From: an uncultured archaeon
Lineage (GTDB): Archaea > Iainarchaeota > Iainarchaeia > Iainarchaeales > CSSED10-239
NCBI GenBank assembly: GCA_964586355.1
Contig: CAZPGO010000050.1
Coordinates: 1 to 7,058, forward strand
Reading direction: 5' to 3'
DNA: 7,058 bases
The translations under genes and the position numbers were made by a program. Below are positions 5,387-7,058 of this stretch, piece by piece (the stretch's first letter is position 1; each line of letters opens with the position of its first letter). The notes beneath the pieces were generated by a model, which was given only the letters and a program-made list of their open reading frames with translations, did no database searches and was not told where the DNA came from.

Positions 5387-6252
5387 ATGGCTACCGGTAC
5401 ATTCATTTTATCTAAAGGATTATAGTCAATTAAACTAAAATCATCAACTGTGTATTGGTACATAGAACTTTTTTTATTCAAATTTAAAATAGGAGAGTTA
5501 ACAATTGGCCTGCTTAGATAATCTTCTACAAAACTTATATGATTTAAATATATGTGAAAATGACCAGAGTTAAATATAAGGCTTTTTGGATTCATTCCTA
5601 CTTGCTGAGCTATCATGTAGGTATAAAAAGAAGCGCCTTGTAAATTTGTAGAAAGAGCCCCAACAAAAGCATCAGTAGACCTTGCATAGACTATACAATT
5701 AAGGTCGTTAAAACAGCCATTTTTATTAGGAGTCACCACAAATTGATATATGAGGTGACAACAATTTAACACTACATCTTGCTTAGAGGCTTTATCTCCT
5801 CTCCAAAAGTCAAAAAGTATCCTCCTGGAATTAGGGTTTTCTTTTAACTCATTAATGACATAATCTATTTGGTTCACTCCGGGCTTGTTAGCCAAATCGT
5901 TTAAATCACCGCCACAATGTATTAGGTTAGGACCATATCCATAACCTATACTACTTTTAGGAAATCCATTTTTAAAAGCCCAATCATCATCTCTCCAAAA
6001 ATCCCAAACTTTAGACCCCATATCATTTAAATCTTCAATTTTAGAAGAACCAGTAAGAAACCACAAATACTCTTTCAGCATAGACTTCCAATTTGTTTTT
6101 CTTCTTGTGGGAATGGGTAATCTTTCAGATATATCAACCTCCACTCTAACTCCGGGTATATATTTTACTCCAACACCAGTTCTGTCCTTTGTTTCATATC
6201 CACAATCTAAAACTTCACGAAGCTTATCATCAAAGTCTTTAAGAACATACAT
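5383..6252 (-). CDS. thyA: thymidylate synthase, ThyA family (divergent, 289 aa)
   Basis: ThyA landmarks: KDRTGVG, KEYLWFLTG, VWDFW, NPNSRRIL, CCH (Cys165-His166 aligned to the catalytic Cys-His), YARSTD, Asn203, HIY, and a C-terminus VPVAI that ends like E. coli APVAI. Several normally invariant blocks differ (see findings). No intron or interruption. Confidence 0.88.
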   Translation of the reverse strand: MYVLKDFDDKLREVLDCGYETKDRTGVGVKYIPGVRVEVDISERLPIPTRRKTNWKSMLKEYLWFLTGSSKIEDLNDMGSKVWDFWRDDDWAFKNGFPKSSIGYGYGPNLIHCGGDLNDLANKPGVNQIDYVINELKENPNSRRILFDFWRGDKASKQDVVLNCCHLIYQFVVTPNKNGCFNDLNCIVYARSTDAFVGALSTNLQGASFYTYMIAQQVGMNPKSLIFNSGHFHIYLNHISFVEDYLSRPIVNSPILNLNKKSSMYQYTVDDFSLIDYNPLDKMNVPVAI

Positions 6253-6254
6253 AA

Positions 6255-6743
6255 TTAAACAATATTTGATAAATTGTCTCCTGTGCCGGCTAGTGGTGGG
6301 TCTTGTCTAGAAAAATTTTTATCAGGGGGTGTGTTTAACTCTTGATTGTTCTTGACATCAACAGGATCGTCTTTTACCGGATCAGAAACCGATTGATCTT
6401 TTGAATTTTCAATTGGATTATTCAACACAACTTTTTTATCTTTTAGGTATTTTTCTAACTCATAAATACTACTTTCTATTGTTGATTTAAAATCGCCATT
6501 AACTTCAATGTCATCTTTTATTGCACAAATTATTTTTTGAATAACAGAGATTAAAATCTTGTCGCTCTTAGAATTAAGTAAACTTCTCATATTTAAAATT
6601 ATATTTTCTAATGTATTTTTTAAATCTTTTTTTTTGATATTATCTATGTCAAAACTTAATTGTTGAAAAGCAGATAATATATCTCCCACCTTAACATTGG
6701 AAAAGTTAAAACCCTCTTCTAATAAAAAGTTTTTAAATTTCAT
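6255..6743 (-). CDS. 162-aa hypothetical protein: helical N-terminal ~110 aa plus a Pro/Asp-rich, probably disordered tail
   Basis: ATG at 6743 with an AAGGA-like SD inside the upstream gene. Stop is 2 nt before the thyA ATG. No homology recognised. Confidence 0.7.
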   Translation of the reverse strand: MKFKNFLLEEGFNFSNVKVGDILSAFQQLSFDIDNIKKKDLKNTLENIILNMRSLLNSKSDKILISVIQKIICAIKDDIEVNGDFKSTIESSIYELEKYLKDKKVVLNNPIENSKDQSVSDPVKDDPVDVKNNQELNTPPDKNFSRQDPPLAGTGDNLSNIV

Positions 6744-6999
6744 AAGTCCTTTCTGACTCTACGCAATAAAGTTTAGACTTATTTATTGAACTAGATTCAA
6801 AAATAAAACTATCAAAATAATTCGTTTTTACTAACTTGTGATCATAATTTTCAATTAAATTTAAATCTTTTATATATTTATTGTATAAAAATACAATAAA
6901 AGGTTTAATTCTATTTTTAAAAAATAGATCAAATTTTGTTTTTTCAAAGTCTTCTAAATTAACCACCCAAGTCTTTTCTTCTAAATATTTACTTCGCAT
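6733..6999 (-). CDS. 88-aa hypothetical protein
   Basis: The track start at 7014 is a TTG directly after an in-frame TAG. The first ATG (6999) is preceded by AGGTGG (7003-7008). The ORF overlaps the downstream gene by 11 nt. No homology recognised. Confidence 0.6.
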   Translation of the reverse strand: MRSKYLEEKTWVVNLEDFEKTKFDLFFKNRIKPFIVFLYNKYIKDLNLIENYDHKLVKTNYFDSFIFESSSINKSKLYCVESERTYEI

Positions 7000-7058
7000 T
7001 GCCCACCTGCACAACTAAACTCAGATTGCAAAGAAGTCTTATCATCATCTTCTTTTAA
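6981..7058 (-). CDS. partial CDS: 3' end of a hypothetical gene entering from the right edge (..LKEDDDKTSLQSEFSCAGGQCEVNI*)
   Basis: This is the only minus-strand frame open from the right edge; the other two hit stops within 4 codons. It ends at TAG 6981-6983 and overlaps the next gene's ATG by 19 nt, matching the overlapping-gene style of this operon. It is too short for any functional call. Confidence 0.3.
   Translation of the reverse strand, partial: LKEDDDKTSLQSEFSCAGGQCEVNI

Noticed and set aside
5383-6252. Group I intron or homing endonuclease in thyA, as seen in several phage td/thyA genes
   Set aside because: The ORF is continuous and collinear with ThyA from the N-terminus to the VPVAI C-terminus. 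There is no inserted non-coding or endonuclease-like segment.
6107-6310. 67-aa plus-strand ORF antisense to the thyA 5' end and the upstream gene 3' end
   Set aside because: It spans two well-supported minus-strand genes and has no SD or homology.
6278-6310. Locally GC-rich patch (CTCCTGTGCCGGCTAGTGGTGGGTCTTGTCTAG) just upstream of thyA, as a possible RNA element or SD
   Set aside because: It lies inside the 162-aa ORF, encoding ..SRQDPPLAGTGD... The AGGAG within it is ~30 nt from the thyA ATG, too far to act as an SD, and no convincing stem is visible.
7000-7014. TTG start at 7014 for the 93-aa ORF
   Set aside because: The TTG directly follows an in-frame TAG, so it is simply the first permitted codon. 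The ATG at 6999 with upstream AGGTGG is the more credible start.
1-7058. tRNA, rRNA, CRISPR array, integrase/transposase, terminal inverted repeats
   Set aside because: No intergenic gap exceeds 88 nt. No T-loop-like GTTCGAATC-type sequence or spaced direct repeats were seen. No ORF shows recombinase or transposase motifs.

Overview
AT-rich (roughly 30% G+C by eye), very gene-dense window. It has bacterial-type Shine-Dalgarno sites and chains of overlapping start/stop codons (ATGA at 4364-4367 and 5383-5386; ATGAATAG at 3170-3177; 11-nt overlap at 6733-6743). It reads like a bacteriophage or prophage segment, not chromosomal housekeeping DNA. All recognisable genes are on the minus strand: (1) a ThyA-family thymidylate synthase (5383-6252) translationally coupled to dihydrofolate reductase (4910-5386); (2) an FmdB-type CxxC...CxxC zinc-ribbon protein (3797-4084); (3) a subtilisin-family (S8) protease of the intracellular (ISP-like) type with an N-terminal LLPY motif (2245-3177; I moved the start from the TTG at 3228 to the first ATG at 3177); (4) a 489-aa cysteine-rich multidomain protein (541-2010) that looks like a virion or host-recognition protein. 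The remaining ORFs are small ORFans. Three ORFs are missing from the supplied track: a 49-aa plus-strand ORF (2099-2248) with a consensus AGGAGG SD and a plausible promoter of its own, and partial ORFs entering from both window edges. I saw no tRNA, rRNA, CRISPR array, integrase or transposase. I cannot assign any known defence or anti-defence system. The best novelty candidates are the protease plus its coupled 118-aa partner, the mosaic 489-aa protein, the hidden small divergent gene, and the unusually divergent ThyA. All homology statements come from motif recognition by eye and from memory of reference sequences, not from database searches.
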